DNA of 64,000 bases from Ramazzottius varieornatus (lineage: Eukaryota; Animalia; Tardigrada). The notes under the pieces were generated by a model. It saw only the letters and a list, made by a program, of their open reading frames with translations, did not search any database and was not told the DNA's origin. Below are positions 24,975-38,118 of the stretch, piece after piece. The DNA is taken from positions 588,693 to 652,692 of the forward strand of contig BDGG01000018.1 of NCBI GenBank assembly GCA_001949185.1, written 5' to 3'. The stretch's first letter is position 1, and every line of letters starts with the position of its first letter. Position numbers and translations under genes: made by a program.

Positions 24975-26032
24975 GGAGAACAATCTGACGAGCTGGATAC
25001 GCCCAGCTCCTAAAACTGCTCTACCTACTGGTGGTTTGATCTTTGGGGACTTGCTGGTACTTGACTTATCCTTGGCGTCCTTGGCCTCGAAGCGAAGACG
25101 ACGAGCTTCGAAAATCAGGCCCGTACTAGTACTGGCTTCAGACGGACTTTCCACATCCATCACTTCCACGTCTGCCTCGTCCGACTCCAAACTTCCCACG
25201 TCCATGGACTCTGTCTCCTCATCGTCCCACACCAGCTTCTCCACTTCCACCAAGGCTGCAGCTGCCCCTTTGGTGGTCCGCTCTTCCGACTTCAACCTCT
25301 TGTTAGCCTTCGCACCGCTCACCGCCGTATCCGACCCGGAAGTCCACGGTAGTAAGACCTTCTGCTTCTGCTGAGACGCGCTGGTCTCATTCCTATCCTT
25401 CTTCGGTATTACTTTCACCGAACTGCTGGAAGGCGTGTCAGCCTCTTCGGCATCCACTTCGAACGGGCTGGCATTCTTCATTCTAGGCTTCACTTCCTTG
25501 TTCTCACTGACAGTCCCCAAGACCTTACGAACACCTTCCTCTTCCTTCATCCCTGACTCATCTAACTTTCTGCCCGCTGTCAGTTTACCAGACTTGCCTT
25601 TGGAGGAAAGACCTACGTTGCCGAGAAGTTCACGGCCTTGATCTTTGAGTTCTTCATCAGTCATGCCGCAGTTGGCGTAAAGGACGTTGAGCAGCTTCGC
25701 GCTGAAGTCTTCGTTCTCCTGAGAGTCTTCGTCAGTGTCAGGCGTTCTGCAAGCACGAATATCTTTGACCAAGTCTTCAGCGTCGGAAGAGGAATGCTCG
25801 TCGATTTCTTGGTCCTCGTCGTCTCTTTCTTGTTTATTCTCTGGGATTTCCGGTTGGCCACTCTCCCTCGCTTCTCGTTCCTTCTTCTTCTTTTCATCTT
25901 CCGCCAACTTTTCAGCGGTTTCTTCGGCTGTCAAGAGTTTGAGGAATTCGTCGAAACCCTCGCCTAGAAAGCCGATACTTCGTAAGTTACAGGTGGGGAC
26001 TTGACGTACGAACTCGTCAAGGTATTTCTTCC

Positions 26033-26081
26033 CAAGTGGCGCACGCTTGCCGCCAAAACGACGGTAACCGTGCGCCACTGG
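26033..26081. repeat. Palindromic 12-25-12 repeat, 1 unit, ATRX-like intron (~26127-25964)
   Basis: Spacer 25. Confidence 0.9.
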
Positions 26082-28789
26082 AGACAACAGAATGGTCGCG
26101 TTTGTTTGCCCAGCAAAAGTCGACCTACCGTCGGTTTCCGCGGGTAAGCCTTCGTCGCTACTATCTACAAGGAAATTGCACTTGAACATGATTCATCCTC
26201 TCAACGCAAAACCATACAAGGAAGAGCCTACCGTAAGGATCGAGAGGAACGCTTAAGGAGACGACTCCCGAAAAACCACGTAGCCCCGCCTCACTTTCTT
26301 CCGAAGATGCACGTCGATGACATTGATGCACCAGTTTTTCGTCATCAAATTCCAAGTCGCCCTGTGACACAGCGCAGAAGATCACCCACATATTCCAGGC
26401 TTCGAAACAAGCGGCAGTAAGGACGACTAGGTTCGCTGCCACTTACCTCGTGGTCCGAAACACTCATGGCTTCCAACAACTGCGTCAGGGCAGCTTCCTG
26501 CAGTGCCAAACAAAAATCAGACGGATTCAGAACCCACCAGGATTGTCAGATTAAACCAGGAGAAAATATGCTGCTCGGACACTTTAATCACTTACCGCTG
26601 TGGCAATCTTTCGGGCTTTTTCCTCTTTCTTCAACTTTTTCTCTTCGCTCAAATCCTTCCCTTCATAGCCCACACCCAGCGCGGCATCCTCCTTCCCAGT
26701 TATGTCGTCCACCTGTGAAATACCTACCATACCACCCATTTCTCCGGGCTGGCCATCGTCTTCAGCTTCGTCATCAGCATCCTCTGAGTCACTCTCCGAT
26801 TCTACAAATTCATCATCTCGACAGGATACTTCCACATGCTCGAACTAACTTACCAGAAATCAACTTACCAGGTGGTGAGACGTACCGGTTAGGGATACTT
26901 TCGTCGCTTTCATCTTCTTCGCTAGACCAAGCACCAGAATCGTCGCGCGACTCAAGCTCCTCCCTCTTAACCTTCTCGTTCACTTTCTCTAAATTCTCGA
27001 TGGCTGTATTCAGATCCACGTTGTGATCCAACAGTCTTCTCAGAGCTAAGGTCAGCTCGGACGGTCTCTCCACCTCGGCAACGGGCTTCTTTCGCAGCTT
27101 TTTGGACTGCACTTCCGGCGGAAGTACTTGGCTGTTTTCTTCGTCTTCCAGCGACATCGTCGACAACTCATGAACCAGATCAACCTGGCCATCCCTCCCC
27201 ATGTCTCCGCCATCATCGTTAAAAACTCCGTTCTCTTCTGCAACTTTCTGGACTTGCTCGAGCGGAACTTCACTCAAAATCCAGAAGCATCTTCGGTTTT
27301 GAAGCTGGAAGCCACGTAGTATTTCGTCGCTTGGTCATCTTGGAAGTTGGACCAGTCGGTCATTTCGTCTTCGCCTTCGTAGCGCTGAGCAGCGTCTTCG
27401 TTCAGTGAATGGACACCAGAGTCCCGCAACGAGACATGGTTGACATGTTCCGCCGTTTCAGCAGGCTTCGCTCCGATACGAAGTGAGGAAAGGGACTCCT
27501 TCAGCGTGCTGTAAAATTCGACCATCCTGCTGCGACTGGCTGGAACGTACCGTCCTTCCCTGCAAACAAAGCCTCCTTGTACAGGTTCACCTACGCAACC
27601 AGAAATACTCGGAGAACAAGCTGAATTTACCTGGTCGTCGTTGTGGAAAGACTCGCCGGCCGAGTGAAGGTGGCTATGTCTGGATGAAGACGCAGTAACC
27701 GCGCGTCCTTCGGCCAGACTCATGGTTCCATTGGGCTTGGAAGCTCCTTCAGAAAAGAGCTGAGGCTGTCGGAAGCCGGATTTGTAAACAAACTTGCTGG
27801 CTTTGCAGCCTTTGCTGATGACGGCATCGAAGACGAGGGAAAGCAAACCAGATTGAAAATTATCCATGAAAAACTGGAAATCGAAAAAGCCATGGAAAAA
27901 GACTGTTTCACCAACCAACAATCAGAACTCCACAGGGTGTGTGGCAGCGGAAGTTGCCAAGTGTGGCCAAGGTAGCCGAAGGGTAGACTAGACCGATGGA
28001 AGCTTGGAGAGCAGCACGTCGAACCATGCATTCAAGAACTTTTTGCCGTCAACTAGGTTTCGATTGGCGTAGGTAAATCGCGCTTACTGTCATCACCGAT
28101 TTTGGCACGCCGCGCTGCACAGCGTACCCAGGTGTTCGCCAAACTTTAACCAAGCAAACGTTTGTTCGCTGCTCGCCGCGCCAAAACTCGTTGTGGCTAA
28201 AGGTTTTGGCAAGCCATTGTGAAGGTCGGCACCTGGCGAGTAGCGAACACCCAACACTGGTCTGTTCGTGCTGGTATTGGAACCGGAAGTCAGTTCTGAC
28301 CGGTGTCCACTCTATCCACTGTTAACTGTTTACATTGTCACCGCTTCCAGCTAGCCGCGATGAGGTTCTGGATCACCGGAACGCCCATAAATCCATCGAA
28401 AAAATCTGACGCAGTTCGAATAAACGGTCCAAAGTACAGATTTTATCGGTTTCGAAAGTTAAGTTCGTTTACTGCTGGAGGATCAGGGCGAAACTAAAAA
28501 AGAAGCTATGGTATTGATACTGTCGGACTGTATTCCAGGATTAAAGATCGTATGCAGTAGTTTAAGAGTTAGCGTTCGAGTAGGGAAAGAAACTACACAA
28601 AACGAGAGGCGTTGAATGCTAAAGGAATGAGGATAAGGTTTAATATCATGGTAAAAAACAGCAGCTAACGGAAGACAAGAAAAATTCCAAGTGAAGTTCC
28701 CTAGTACTGCACACAAAAGTGGTCACCTTTACGAACATCCCGACCGTTGCCGGTCCACTTCGACCGGCGAAAAGACACTCTTTCCGAAA

Positions 28790-30856
28790 TCACAAAGGTA
28801 TGAGATAGCTCCGATTCCCGCTTTTACACTGCACGGCTTTAGCCCACTGCGCCAAGTCCATGGCGAACTCAGTCTGCACACTCTCAAACTTTTTCTGCAA
28901 GAACAAAACGAAAAGCAGGTTACTTTCCGCCTCTATCCCGTAGGAAATATTTATCAACGTAACTGAAAATTTCAAACTAACTTTCGAGGTGAAAAATTTT
29001 CTTGCAAAGATATCAAGCCGAATATTCTGGGCTCCGCAAATCAACTAAGCAAAATCGCTTTGTCAAGCGGCACACGCTGTCGGCCCAGAAAACCAAGACG
29101 ACGCGCCACTTGGACAGAGCAATCGGATTCAACGAAATTCCTCAACTAGTGACGCACGCTGTCTGTCAATAACACAGGAAACGTGCGCCACCTCGGAAAA
29201 GGATTCTGACCAGTTTGTTTGCCGAGTTCCCATTTGTCGAAGAAGTTCATCATTAGTTAGAAGAATGGTATACCTGCAAAACTTGAAGAACACGAGCTTG
29301 GTCTTCTTCCGACAGCTTTTCTGAGCACCAGGCGAAGCTGACATGGAACTGCGGGTTCTCGTAGAAGGTCGGCATGTTGAAGGACTTGAGACACGAGTCG
29401 ACAATGCGTAACAGACTCAGCATTTCCTCTTTGCCGCGTCCAACCTTCAACGCCAGAAACGATCTACAAACAGAAAATCACATATCCAGGGTCGATTTTC
29501 ATAACTTTGTCAGTGCTGACAAAGTACTGTATGACCGTACTGTAACAGCAGACGACTGACGTGCGTATCATTGATTATTAAACCCAATATTGACTCACGT
29601 GTTGGCTTGATCGTTGGTAAAGAAGCCCATCTCGTCGAAACTGTACGGAAACCTAGGAGAAGAAAACGTCAGCCATAAACAATAATCAATAAAAGTCAAC
29701 TACCAGACAACCTTGACTCGCGAAACTTTAGCAATGAATTCTTCCTGCATAACTTTCCCTTACTTTGCATTCGATGTTTTGACAATTTCGGCTTTAAGGT
29801 GCGCCGTGAAGTGGGGAATCTCGTGGTAGCGTAACGTGACAGTTCGCGACATGCTGATATGTGGGTCCTCTATCATCTTCCACTTGACGGGCTTGATGTC
29901 CTCTATACTCATGGCTTCGTTGATCAGTTGGTTGAACAACGAACCGAGTCCATCCAAACGCGCTAAAAGAAGCAAAGCCCCCACATTATACAAGCGGTCA
30001 CATGATAAAAACGCGCAGTTAGAAGTGGAAGCTCGGCAAAACAAACTCGACAGAACTGTTTTCCCCAAGTGGCTGTAAAAGCGCGCCACTTGGAATAACA
30101 ATATTGTCGAATTTAACTGTTTTCCTATGTGGCGCATGTTGCCGGTATTACTGGTCGACATCGTGCGCCACTTCAGACGACAATCTTGCCAGGCTTGGTT
30201 GCTTTTCCAAGTGGCGCACGTTCACAGTGTAATTGGCTGATATTATGCTCCACTGGAGAACAACGCCGTCAGAGTAGGAAAATCACTTCCTACTATTTGT
30301 TTTCTCCATCGATCAATTTTTGACATGAAGTCCGACTTACGGGTAAGGTAGACGAAGGTAGCCCAGCTACCCGGGAAATGTGCGAAGGCTCGAACTCGTC
30401 CAGACTCGGCATCGCTGACAGCGTTGTCGTGCAGTTCCTGCTCTGCACTGTCTCCCAGCGCTTGGTCACAGCCCAGAAATCCCGGAAGGACCGTGGGCTG
30501 TTCTTCCACCCGTTCTTTCGTGCCGTCTTCTTCTGACGAAGTGGTCGAACTGGTGGATGACGGCTTCCGACCAGTCTTCACGTGAATGTCCGAAGAGGCC
30601 TTCTTCGATGATTTCTCCGAAGCCTTTTTCGAACCATCTCTGAAAGTTAACCAAGGATCAGTAAAAATATAGTCCCTCATTGAAGTATACGTTCAGAAAT
30701 GACCCTTCATGTTACGCTGACATGAAGATGACGGAGAATATCTTCTTACTTTTTGCTGCGGGTTGGTTTGGGAGCTTTGTCTTTCTCCTCGTCCGAGGAT
30801 CCGTACTCGTCAATCAGGCGACGTATGGCATCGCGAACACGAGAAACCATCGGCAT
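28790..30856 (-). CDS. USB1: U6 snRNA phosphodiesterase (2H/HVSL family), multi-exon
   Basis: LIDEYGSSDEE start region, GRVRAFAHFPGSWATFVY, two HxS motifs (PHISMSRTV, FHVSFAWC), FFTNDQ, C-terminal VQCKSGNRSYLIPL*. Confidence 0.93.
29064..29194. repeat. Palindromic 12-25-12 repeat, 2 units, USB1 intron
   Basis: Spacers 25/25, linker 33. Confidence 0.9.
30066..30256. repeat. Palindromic 12-25-12 repeat, 3 units (first internally deleted), USB1 intron
   Basis: Linkers 33/33, spacers 25/25. Confidence 0.9.
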
Positions 30857-31747
30857 TTGGGACAGAGGAATCCGAGGAACGGTCTGAAACAGGAAATAAC
30901 ACGGAGTTCGTATGGAGTAGTCGAACGGCAACTCTCGAAGGAAAATGAGTTTAGAACAGAACTGTTACAACATACGTGGACGTCAGATCAAAGCTCAAAC
31001 CTCGATACGAGTCAGACAGCGTCTCTAAAGTTACCGTGGTAAAACTCAGCGTCTCAGCCGCTCCTGGCTCGTACTTCCGATAAAACCTGTTTCAACCGAG
31101 AAACATGCGTCAGCTCGAATGACGTGTTCGATAGATCAAGGTTCAGACTTACCACAACGACGTCGCTCGAAGGTCTGCTCTCAAGCCTGGTTGGACAGAC
31201 TGCTGGAAGTAGAAAACACGGCCTGTTCTTTCATCTTGATGTTGAAACAAAAAAAAAACTCGGGAGTCGGGAGCACTTCTTCGGAAGATTCGGAACCCAG
31301 AGAGATGAGGGATGGATAATAAAGTTGCGAGAAAAGTTATGTGACTTATGTCGGCAAGATCCGACAAGGTTGAATGAGCTGGTAAACACGTACGTACAAC
31401 TGTGACATCATACATTCCTGTTTTAGCTTAGACGCACATGACTCATGCGGGGGTGCGGTGTGATTAATCGCCAGAGTTACTGAAATCGGCATCTTGACGT
31501 CACCGATGAAAGGTTCCTCTATTGATTGAAAGCCTGGGAAAATTATTGATTGATCAAAAGGGAAAAGCAACTTCCGTCAGACCGTCACTTCCGGTGGCGC
31601 ACTGCTTTCATCCCTTCTAATTCATCCGTTCCAGCATGTTCCTCTTTTGCAGAATGCTACAATGAATCGGATCCCGTCCACGATTACCGTCGCTTGAGGT
31701 ATGAACGCTGGCACGTTGGAGCCGAGAGCTGAAAGAAGAAATTGAAG

Positions 31748-34700
31748 ATGGCTCATTCGAATAATCCGCTGGACTTGAACGGGACATCCTTTGATCCCGA
31801 CCAATACCTGCGCAAAGTTCTCACGGTAAGCTGACCTTGCGTTGCGTGCTCACCTCGATTCGTACATGGCTGTTGGCAGGAAGAAGCATTACCAGACCTG
31901 ATCGAGCATGAAATCGAGATGCAGCAGCAGATTAAGTCGCTGGACAGCGATATGCAAACACTGGTCTATGAAAACTACAACAAATTCATCACGGCCACTG
32001 ACACCATCCGTCAGGTAATTTAGAGCATCCGCAATCTACCTAAGGCGGTCTGAAATCTTACACACACTCGCTTTCATTGCAGATGAAACAAGACTTTGGA
32101 GAAATGGAGCAGGAGATGGAGAAGTTAGCCAGCAATATGGCTGCCATCAACCAGTTCAGCGCCAAGGTCAATTCTTCCTTGGCGCCTAATCGGACCAGAA
32201 TCCGCAACCTTTCCGAGACCCATTCCATTCTGAAACGTCTCCAGTTCCTTTATGAACTGCCTGCCAGGTAGATTTAACACCCAGAAGTGTCGTGGTGAAT
32301 AGCAGAGAATTTTCGTAAGGTTGGCCGATGTAACGCGCCTGGTCTTCACGGACCTACATACACCGACATGGACACTTACTGCGAAGCGTTTGTTTGCAGG
32401 TTGAAGAAGTGTTTGGATGACGAAAACTACCGACCAGCCGTCCTCGCTTACTGCAAAGTTCGCTCCGTCCTCGAGAGCTACCGGCACCTCACCGCATTCC
32501 AGCAGATTGATAAAGACTGTCTGCAGATCATGGACACGTTGAAGAAAGCCCTGTATCAGAAGTTCCGCAGGAAGAGCACCACGACGAGAGAACTGGCCGA
32601 ATGCATCGAGCTCTTTACCATGCTGCAAGAACCCGCAGAGATTCTCTGTCAAGAGTTCCTTGCTCATGCTGAAATACGCTTGCTGGATGATTTACAGATG
32701 CTTGATGAGCAACTGGCACTGTGGATCGACGCCTCGACGAGGGAGCAAGCAGCGGATATCAGGACGTTTGTCGATATGGGCTCCAACGGCTTTTTAAGTA
32801 ATGTCTGCTTGGTCGTAGCTTCGTATAACGATATGTTCGTCTGCCGTGTCGAAACCAACGTCCATGAGTAGGTCATCTCTCATAGATTAGAAAGCTAAAG
32901 GATTGTTGCTCACTGAATTTTTCGATGTTTTTCCAGAGAGGAACAGAACGAGGTGGCAAAGCGGAAGTTGACAGGTTTCGTCAGTAACCTAATGGAGCGT
33001 TACTTCAGTTCTGCGAAGCAACGCATCCTTCTTGAGGTAGTGCGTCCATCGAAGTTTTGTCCGATTTAGGACATAGTGTTGATGAAATGGCAGGTCGACA
33101 AACAGAGTCTACCAGAGTCTACAGATCGTTTCTCCAAGTGGCGCACCTTATCAGCGTTACTGGTTGAATGCGTGCGCCACTTGGAGAAACTAGGTGGTCG
33201 AATTTGTGTGTCCAGCTGACCAATTACCATGGAAAATGAAATGTAACCGGGGTTTCTTTTGCAGACTGTGATGTCTTCAACATGCGAAATCTATGTTCGG
33301 GCACTGGACCGCTTCTCTCGGAGGTTACAGGCCATCGACAGGCTGATCACCGAAACAGACTACTCGCGAGTGGGCTTCAGGATGGTCCAAGAAGCAGCCG
33401 CTTTACGCTGCAAACTGTACCTGCAGCATCTCAACAGCCAATTTCAACGTAAGTTAGCCACTTCCGCTCCCTCAATCACCTTTCGCTAACCGATGTATGA
33501 TAAGGATTATGACCGTACTGTCGTTACAGGGACATTGACGGAAGCTCGAGAAATGATCGCAGTCAAGCCCACCGCTATCGATGTGAACCAGAAGCTCCTC
33601 TTGGCTTGCGTACAGAAAATCCATGCCAAGCTGATGGAACGTGTTAAAGGCGCTCAAGCCGATCTCAAGGTTCGTTTCGACCTGTGATATGCCACTCGTT
33701 CTTCCAATACCTTGTTGTCCATTACAGGCGTTTGTCCAGCCGGACGTGATGTTCGCCAGTAACCAGACGTTCCATGAGCACTTCTGCAAGGTTGATGTAC
33801 GAGAAAACATGGTGGTAGCTCACTTCAACGACATGCTGACAATATGCGAGGTACGTGGTGGCACGTTCGATTTTCTAGAATGATTAGGAATAATTCAATA
33901 AACGTTGTGATATTAATACATAAGTTGTCAAGCAATGCATGAAAAAATTGTTTGTTTTGTTTGACCAAGTGGCGCATCTTGTACGTAGGTATCGTATCAT
34001 AATGCGCCACCTAAGTTGGGTGTACTTTAAGAGCGCCTTTTTCAGGAATTGTGCCAGCATGGAGTGGACAAGACCGCCGGTTCGACCCTCCTTCTCCTCG
34101 TCCTCTCTCGTCACTGCCTGGACATGAACCAGTCCTCCATGAACTACGTCATGACTCTTACTCGTGAGCAGTTCGCCACTAACGAGCGCAATGTCCACGG
34201 CGTACCTCCTGTACTCCTCCAGCGAGCCAAAGATACTGCCCAGAAGCTGGTCAACCACTTCGTCTACCAGGAAGGTCTATCTATTTCACAGATGATCCGC
34301 AAGAGCGTGGAGACTCGCGACTGGCTCAACACCACCGAACCACGCAATGTCCGAGCTGTTATGAAGAGGGTCGTCGAAGAACTGACCGCTACGGACGCAC
34401 AAGTTGGCCAGCTGTTTGAAGAAGGAACCCGCAAGGAAGCAGGTATGTATGTTCACCTGACAAAAAGAATTAGAAAATAACTGATCAGAGGGGAAAATCG
34501 GACGTTGGCGGACGAACTCAGCCCGATCGTTTCTCGAAGTGGCGCACACTTCCAGCCAGAAACACGGAAGTGATGCGCGACTTGGGAAAACAATCAAACC
34601 CGTGAAGATCGTTTTTGCAAGTGGCACACCCTCTCGGTTGACAACGATGAGGATGTGCGCCACTTGAGATGACTATCTGGGTGAATTCTTTTGTCGACAT

Positions 34701-35236
34701 CCCAAAGGAAATCTATTTCTGAAGTCGGTTTAATCGTGATATGTGTTCTGACAGGGAGTTCGTCGAGCAGGAGGACGAGGCCGAGTGTAGCCAAGAGCGT
34801 ATCGAGGAGCGCCAAGTGGACGAACTACTCGCCGGTGGATACGAGCTTGTTGAGCAACATTCAGAAGCTGTTTAGTGAAAGGATCGAAATCTTTGGCAAC
34901 GTGGACTTTTCGAAAGTGTCGATCTTGACTGGGGTCATCAAGATCGGGTTGAAGACATTGTTAGAATGTGTGAGGCTGAGGACGTTCGGCAAGTTTGGGT
35001 TGCAGCAGCTGCAGGTGGACGCCTACTACCTCCAGCAGTACTTGTGGAGATTCGTCAGTGATGAAAAGTAAGTCGAGTTCAGTCGTGGAGTTGACTTGCG
35101 GCATGATAACATGAGGACATCTTGTAGTCTGGTCACTATACTACTGGAAGAAATTGTCAGCAGTGCGGCGCAACGCTGTCTGGAACCGGTGTTGATGGAG
35201 CAAAGCGTGGTGGAAGCGATCTGCGATCGCGGGTAG
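31748..35236 (+). CDS. VPS51: GARP/EARP complex subunit Vps51, multi-exon
   Basis: [112 protein letters not shown], ends VEAICDRG*. Confidence 0.96.
33135..33183. repeat. Palindromic 12-25-12 repeat, 1 unit, VPS51 intron
   Basis: Spacer 25. Confidence 0.9.
33966..34013. repeat. Palindromic repeat, 1 degenerate unit, VPS51 intron
   Basis: Spacer 24. Confidence 0.8.
34536..34666. repeat. Palindromic 12-25-12 repeat, 2 units, VPS51 intron
   Basis: Spacers 25/25, linker 33. Confidence 0.9.
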
Positions 35237-36566
35237 ATGATTTCTGATTTGTCAATTTCGCGATGTATCGTGATGCACATTGCGAATAATGTTAGTGATG
35301 GTTTCTCGAATAATGTTGATAATGTTTATGATTGTTTCCTCGTATGAACCCCTGTACAGCTTGACTTATTGGTTAGCGGTTCTATGATGAATCGAAAATT
35401 TCCATCCTGGTACCACCAAGCGGACTTGGTCGTCGAGTCTGATGTTTAGGAGAAGCTATAAATTCCGAAGATCTGGTCGGTACCACCGAAAACCTGACCC
35501 TGTGGAATCAAGAAATAAATACAATGGATCAAGAAAGGAATACAATGGGTTTGCTGGTTTTGTATTCCACTTGGAAATGGCCAATTTTGTATTCCGTTTG
35601 TACTAGTGGAATGATGACGCCATTTCGGTTTTCGAATGCTGACTCATGGCCCACATTGATGAGAACACCAAAATCATATTTTCCTATGAACTTTGAATTT
35701 TGATTGTTCCATCGAGCTGCGAACATCATTTTAGGGAAACTTGTTGCTACTCTTGAAAGAAATAGTTGTCGCTGCAGAACGGCAGCTCTTTGCTTCAGAA
35801 CTGATGGAGAAGGTTTTCGGTAAACACGAGACCTGAATAGTTGCCGGACGGTATAATGCCAAGTCCGGAACCTCAGTGGACGCGTGGAGCATACATCTGT
35901 CAGATGAGCTGACGCCGTCTAACCAAGAAACTTAAACCCACGGGCAAACATCAATCAAAGAAGAGAAACTATTGTACATCACTTACGCCTAATATCCCTG
36001 GAGGAATACAAAGGATGTATTGTTTTGTAGGTCGTTTTTGTATTCCCGTAACAACCTCGATCGGAATAGAAAACTGGACCATTGTACTCCTTCGTGGATT
36101 CCTTATGTATTAAAGCGCATACCCCAAACGACACGGGAGTTAAATACAAAAACGGCCGGCCACCGAATATACCAGATTGTCCGTGGGGTAGCTGCGATCA
36201 TGCACCTTGTTATCCATTAAGTGAGTACGAAGCGTTATTGCAAACTGCAGATTTTCAATGGTGTACGAGAGTCTTCCTCGAACCGTGCCGACTGAAGTCC
36301 ATGCAGACCGGAAATCATCGGCGCCATCTGGCGGGAATTCTGCAGCGCTGGCCAATCAAACACGTGTAGTCTGGCGCTCAGCTCGTGGTTGGATGTTCCC
36401 GCCTAAAGAGGCCGAGCCAACTGTAGCTGGATGACGTCAGCGTGAATACCTCACTATTTCCCCAGCCGGGCGAGCAAGAAATTTTAGTACAGAATTTTCC
36501 CATCTTTCATATCTCGGCATTCCTGATCTTTGTCTTTGCAGGTGTGGACAATCTCCCAACGTCAAG

Positions 36567-37484
36567 ATGAAGCCAACACTGAGCATGTTTGTAAATGTCA
36601 GCTCGATGCTACGCCAGAACCAGGCAGGAGGCAGCACTCCTCGCAGCGGTGCTACCGGAAGTGAGTCCACCACCCACAAGACGACCACTACCACAGGAAC
36701 TACCGGAACCAGCGGAACCACCATGCCTCCCAAGACGGCTTCTTCCACCACAAGCCACACCAGCTCCAGCAGCTCTACTCCTCCTCGATCTTCGACCACT
36801 ACCAGCACCATGAACGCCGCCAAGAACGGAGGTGGCAACAAGATGGTGATGGGCGCCGTCGCCGTCGCCGCTGCTGGCGGAGCTTACTGGTATTTCACCA
36901 AGACCAAGTCCGGTGAACAGGCTATGGTCGATGCTAAGCACTCTACCAAGGCTGCTGCTGAGAAGGCTGCCATTTCTGCCAAGTATGCTGGAGGTGATGC
37001 TTTGGACAAGGCTAAAGATATGGCTCATGATAAATACGACCAGGTATGACTATCATTATTCTATCAATAAATCAGTCAGACCAATTTAGCTGGTTCCACT
37101 GATTGAGTTTACGGGTTGATTGACTTACTGACTTGATCAAAAATTAAAATTGCATTCTTGTCTCAATTGTCTGGTGTATAATACATTGATTGTTGATTGG
37201 TGGTTGATGCTCGACGAGACGGTTTTGCTAGGCGGCGCACGTTTACGTTATTATTGACCGATGGCCTGGGCCACTGGGGAAAGAACGATCCTGTCTTTGT
37301 CGTGTTTGACTGTTTCCAACGTTGCGTACTTTGGCTGGAAGCGTGCGCCACTCGGTTAATCAGTTGATTGACGATGGTTGTTTGATTGTCTTTACAGGCG
37401 AAGGACCTCGCTGATAAGGGTCTGCATAAGGCCAAGGAAGTGGCCAAGGACAAGTTGGACGATGCCCGTAAAGCCTTGAAATAA
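36567..37484 (+). CDS. Group-3 LEA-like protein with S/T-rich linker, one TM helix and 11-mer repeats; exons 36567-37043 and 37398-37484; an upstream exon is possible (acceptor at 36541)
   Basis: Spliced C-terminus AKYAGGDALDK AKDMAHDKYDQ AKDLADKGLHK AKEVAKDKLDD ARKALK* (exact 11-aa period); TM MVMGAVAVAAAGGAYWYF. Confidence 0.75.
37229..37354. repeat. Palindromic 12-25-12 repeat, 2 degenerate units, LEA gene intron
   Basis: First spacer 25, second shortened. Confidence 0.8.
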
Positions 37485-37940
37485 ATATGTGTTAGTCTAC
37501 GCCGTTGGCCCGTAAGACTTTGAATCCGTTTCCCGAAACAGTGTGGACAAGATTGACGTTTTATTTATCCTGTCTCAATGTCTGCTACAGTGTTCAGCGC
37601 GGTTTGATATTTACCTTGCTAAAATTCACCGTTTCTTCGTTATCAATCCTTTTGGTTCTTCTGATATCACAGGTGCTGACTGTTTAACATCATGCTTCCC
37701 CATAAAGTAGTCCGAACTAACTTGAAAGACCAGATCCGTTTTGGGCGAACAAGGAAGCAGGAAGCGATATCGCCGTAAACGAACTGATGTGTCTAGCTCA
37801 GTTTTTATTCCTTCCATCTTTCCTTTTAACAAGTAGCGTACTCAGTCATGCAGTCCAGGTTGTTGCAGCAAAACAACGAAATTTCGAACACTCATTGTAA
37901 TCTGGGTAGTCGGCAAACAAACTTAGCAAGACTGTTTTGC

Positions 37941-38072
37941 CGAGTGGCGCACGTTGATCGTCTTATTGACCGGACGCGTGCGCCACCTGGAGAATTGATC
38001 TTGGCGAGTCTGATTGCTTTGCCAAGTGGCTCGTGTGTTGCAGTGTTATCGGCTGAAAGCGTGCGCCACTTG
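37941..38072. repeat. Palindromic 12-25-12 repeat, 2 units, downstream of the LEA gene
   Basis: Spacers 25/26, linker 33. Confidence 0.9.
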
Positions 38073-38118
38073 GACGAACGATCTGGTCGACTTTGTTTGC
38101 GTAGGGGGTTCCTTCTTA

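Larger units (their letters stand above)
20790..27723 (-). pseudogene. ATRX: ATRX/XNP-like SNF2 helicase gene with several in-frame stops and missing helicase motifs V-VI; both ends approximate
   Basis: [89 protein letters not shown]; stops at 24605-24607 (TAA), 22813-22815 (TAA), 22681-22683 (TAG), 21780-21782 (TGA); acidic low-complexity N-terminal region. Confidence 0.8.

Noticed and set aside
24972-26189. 405-aa ORF as an independent gene
   Set aside because: It is an ATRX-like exon read through flanking introns, including repeat-derived RAPLGK-type peptide.
9016-37397. Introner (intron-generating element) interpretation of the palindromic repeat
   Set aside because: Splice sites lie tens of nt outside the arms, intron ends are unrelated between loci, and copies also occur outside introns; insertion into existing introns fits better.
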